A stretch of 64,000 bases of DNA from an uncultured Verrucomicrobiae bacterium (GTDB lineage Bacteria > Verrucomicrobiota > Verrucomicrobiia > Chthoniobacterales > JAATET01). Position numbers and translations under genes: made by a program. The notes under the pieces were generated by a model. That model had not been told where the DNA came from. It did no database searches and worked only from the letters and a program-made list of their open reading frames with translations. Positions 61,660 to 64,000 of the stretch are shown here, piece after piece (positions within the stretch are counted from its first letter, which is position 1; each line of letters starts with the position of its first letter). The DNA is taken from NCBI GenBank assembly GCA_963719495.1, contig CAVRCI010000002.1:96001-160000 (forward strand), read 5' to 3'.

Positions 61660-62136
61660 CTAGGGGTTGGCTGCAGCGCCTTGTTCGGCTGTATTTGCTA
61701 TCGAATAGAGAAAGCGTTCGCGAAATGCGAAATGATTGTCGACGATAGATGACAGCAACAATTGACTTGATCCCCCCGATGGTTCTGCGAAGTCACCATC
61801 CCAGCAACTATAAAGCTCGATTGAATCTGCTGTCTGAAGTAGTCCGATAAGAATGCATTCAAGTTGAATGTGGTTTGGCTGCTTGTCCCCGTCGGAATAC
61901 TCTTCGGAATCTGACATGCTTTCTTCGGGCCATTCACCGTTCTGGAAGGTGACATGACGGAAGCCGCAACCACAACCCTGATCTGAACCAATGTATCCTA
62001 TATGCTGTTTGGAGAAATGGCCCTGAATAGGTAACTCGTATTCTGACAGATTTTGCGAATAGACGCGCTTGTCGTCCTCGTTCCATGGGATGAGCGGGAT
62101 GGGATTGTCAGCACCAATAAAGAGAGAAAAACACAT
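61660..62136 (-). CDS. Hypothetical protein (MC start, GCGCGF motif)
   Basis: ORF filling the cassette. Confidence 0.7.
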   Translation of the reverse strand: MCFSLFIGADNPIPLIPWNEDDKRVYSQNLSEYELPIQGHFSKQHIGYIGSDQGCGCGFRHVTFQNGEWPEESMSDSEEYSDGDKQPNHIQLECILIGLLQTADSIELYSCWDGDFAEPSGGSSQLLLSSIVDNHFAFRERFLYSIANTAEQGAAANP

Positions 62137-62272
62137 GACTATGAATCGCAGTAAACACTCCTAACAACTTTATGAAGCCGAACGTCAAGCTCAGCCACCC
62201 TGAACGGGTAAGCGAATTTGTCTGGTGATCTTCTGGAAGTTGACGGTCCGCGCAACCCCAAGAGCGAAGCGG

Positions 62273-63076
62273 CTAGGGGTTGGCTGCAGCGCCTTGTTCG
62301 GCATATTTAATTCTGTGACGGATGCCTACATAAAACAGAACTCCAAGACCTAGGAGAAGAGCTGATGAAGAAGGTTCTGGAACTGCTACCGCATCTAGCC
62401 GGACATCATCAAAGTTCACTTCAATCCCACTTCCATTCAGGTTCACCAAGCGAATGCGGAGATTCTCGCCTGAATTAAGATGAGATAGTCCCGTTGTAAA
62501 AGAGACCGTAGATGTGGCGTATGCCCCCTCTGAAATCGATAAGCCGTTATTGTCTGATGCCAGAACTGAGCCTCCTGCCATCAGATCAATACGATAACCG
62601 GGGAAGCCTGTAAAATTAAATGAACTGTGCGGCGGATTAGGATCATTGGCGATATTACCTACCTCGACGGTCAAAGTGTATTCGTTGTTTAATTGGAGGG
62701 TGTCACTCAAAGTTTGCTGTAACCCACCTTCTCCGGCTGTTCCCAACAAGAATACCACACCAATATTAGCGCCATCAGGAACCATCCCGCCCACATAAAG
62801 CGTCGTCATGGCAGGATTGAGCACGCCAAACTGTCTATTGGAAGCGGTCGGCCCGTAGATGTTCCAACCCGATGGACCTGACGAATCGCTTGTGATAAAT
62901 GTGCCTACAGATGTCACGGGGTCTTCAAAGCTATGATTGGAGATCAGGAGCGGGGCTGAGTATCCAGTGGATATGAAGACCAGGGTCAGTGATACTAAAG
63001 AAACAAATAATATATTTGAATGTTGTTTCGTGATATGTTTGATGTTGTTTTTTTGCCGAACGTCAAGCTCAGCCAC
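62273..63076 (-). CDS. PEP-CTERM surface protein (start uncertain)
   Basis: Signal-like segment, N.SFE...W, FDDVRL, then VPEP, TM and basic residues. Confidence 0.85.
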   Translation of the reverse strand: MAELDVRQKNNIKHITKQHSNILFVSLVSLTLVFISTGYSAPLLISNHSFEDPVTSVGTFITSDSSGPSGWNIYGPTASNRQFGVLNPAMTTLYVGGMVPDGANIGVVFLLGTAGEGGLQQTLSDTLQLNNEYTLTVEVGNIANDPNPPHSSFNFTGFPGYRIDLMAGGSVLASDNNGLSISEGAYATSTVSFTTGLSHLNSGENLRIRLVNLNGSGIEVNFDDVRLDAVAVPEPSSSALLLGLGVLFYVGIRHRIKYAEQGAAANP

Positions 63077-63181
63077 CCCGAACGGGCGACCGAGCTGCGC
63101 AACGCAGTTGCGCCAAGTGGCGTATACGAGTTTGGTGTGACAGCCAGAGGCTAGGGGTTGGCTGCAGCGCCTTGTTAGACC

Positions 63182-63652
63182 TCATTTGTATTTGATTACA
63201 TAAAAGCGAGAATTTCGGCGATTGATGTTCTGCGTCATTCCTGAGCTTGTGGTCGTCGACGTTCCGTACGCACGAGCATATCCCGGCGATCCATATGCGG
63301 TTGCTTGGCCTGATGTGAACGCACTTCCTGAGGAGTAGGTGCCTACAAATTGGCTTTCATCAAACTTGAATAGAATCGCATCTCCTCCATTTTTCTCGGC
63401 GAGTGACGTGATCTGGCCTTTTCGCGTTGCCATCGGGATCGGGCCGCCTGGACGGTTATCGGTGATGACTCCGATTATGGTGAATGGTCTCGGTGGAGTT
63501 CCTTCGATCCAAATATCAATATCGTTGACCGTCTCCGAGGCGCCACCTGTTCCCTGAAAGGTTTCGCTGCCGGAGTAATTATAATACTTGGTTGCGCAAC
63601 CGCCCAAAAGAAAAGCTGCGACAAGGACTAAAGATATTCGAATCGAGAGCAT
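63182..63652 (-). CDS. Lipoprotein
   Basis: Lipobox LLGGC; GGDAI motif. Confidence 0.8.
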   Translation of the reverse strand: MLSIRISLVLVAAFLLGGCATKYYNYSGSETFQGTGGASETVNDIDIWIEGTPPRPFTIIGVITDNRPGGPIPMATRKGQITSLAEKNGGDAILFKFDESQFVGTYSSGSAFTSGQATAYGSPGYARAYGTSTTTSSGMTQNINRRNSRFYVIKYK

Positions 63653-63757
63653 AAATTATTGGTCTAACGTCAAGCTCAGCCACCCCGAACGGGCAACCGA
63701 ATTTGTCTGGTGATCTTCTGGAAGTTGACGGTCCGCGCAACCCCAGCAGCGAAGCGG

Positions 63758-64000
63758 CTAGGGGTTGGCTGCAGCGCCTTGTTCGGTGTATTTGAGTTCG
63801 AACTTACTAGTGAGTGATGAAAAAACAATTTCTTCATCATTCCAAAAGAAGCGAATATGAGGCGTCGGGCGAAAGATGTAGTCAGAGTAGGAAATGAAAC
63901 TGTCGCGCTCGTTTTCGGAAATGACACCCATTTTAGAGTATTCAGATATCGAATGACGATATTTGTATGCTGTGGACGCGTAATGAAAAAGTATCTTATC
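63758..64000 (-). CDS. C-terminal part of a cassette gene running off the window
   Basis: Frame open from 64000, ending TEQGAAANP* in attC. Confidence 0.65.
   Translation of the reverse strand, partial: DKILFHYASTAYKYRHSISEYSKMGVISENERDSFISYSDYIFRPTPHIRFFWNDEEIVFSSLTSKFELKYTEQGAAANP

Larger units (their letters stand above)
1..64000 (-). mobile_element. Integron gene-cassette array (about 97 attC sites; integrase not in window)
   Basis: A 127-129 bp imperfect inverted repeat recurs every 0.4-1.2 kb. Each cassette starts and ends with complementary 7-8 bp cores (e.g. + strand GTTAGGTC 931 / GACCTAAC 1663). All cargo genes are on the minus strand. Confidence 0.97.

Noticed and set aside
346..63787. 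Regular repeats read as a CRISPR array
   Set aside because: Repeats are ~127 bp with attC core structure, the spacers are gene-sized, and no cas genes are present.
5324..63927. ORF-track proteins containing NKALQPTPSRFAGW, MAAHLRVG, MLGPAIGSSP, RTRRCSQPLA or NVKLSHPER
   Set aside because: These are translations of the attC repeat. True starts were moved to the first plausible codon inside each cassette.
1..64000. Integron integrase, reverse transcriptase (retron/DGR/group II intron), tRNA or rRNA
   Set aside because: No tyrosine-recombinase or YADD-type RT motifs in any ORF, and no recognisable structural RNA genes.

Overview
The whole window is an internal segment of a very large integron cassette array (sedentary 'super-integron' type). 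By hand count it has about 97 closely related 127-129 bp attC sites (RYYYAAC...GTTNNNN on the minus strand), separating 0.27-1.1 kb cassettes whose genes all lie on the minus strand. No integrase, attI or housekeeping gene is present; if they exist, they should lie beyond position 64000. Cargo includes about 11 toxin-antitoxin pairs (DUF433/DUF5615, HigBA x3, VapBC, MazF/PemK x2, RelE-like, DUF4160/DUF2442), nucleases (HNH x3, NERD, PD-(D/E)XK plus TM), GNAT, VOC, DUF2726, an Ntn/proteasome-type protease pair, two PEP-CTERM proteins, and many lipoproteins and membrane proteins. Two IS have inserted: an IS1202-like element with a 16-bp target duplication, and an ISAs1-like element whose transposase carries a DUF4338/DruA-like domain and a -1 frameshift. 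Roughly 30% of cassettes belong to six recurring families without convincing protein genes. One family has 11 copies and its own attC variant; another carries a compensatory GGT/ACC change in the normally invariant GTT/AAC recombination core. Unrelated cassettes share leader and trailer modules, and attC supplies a common C-terminal peptide (EQGAAANP) to about 19 proteins. Counts are by eye and product calls come from motif recognition, not database searches.
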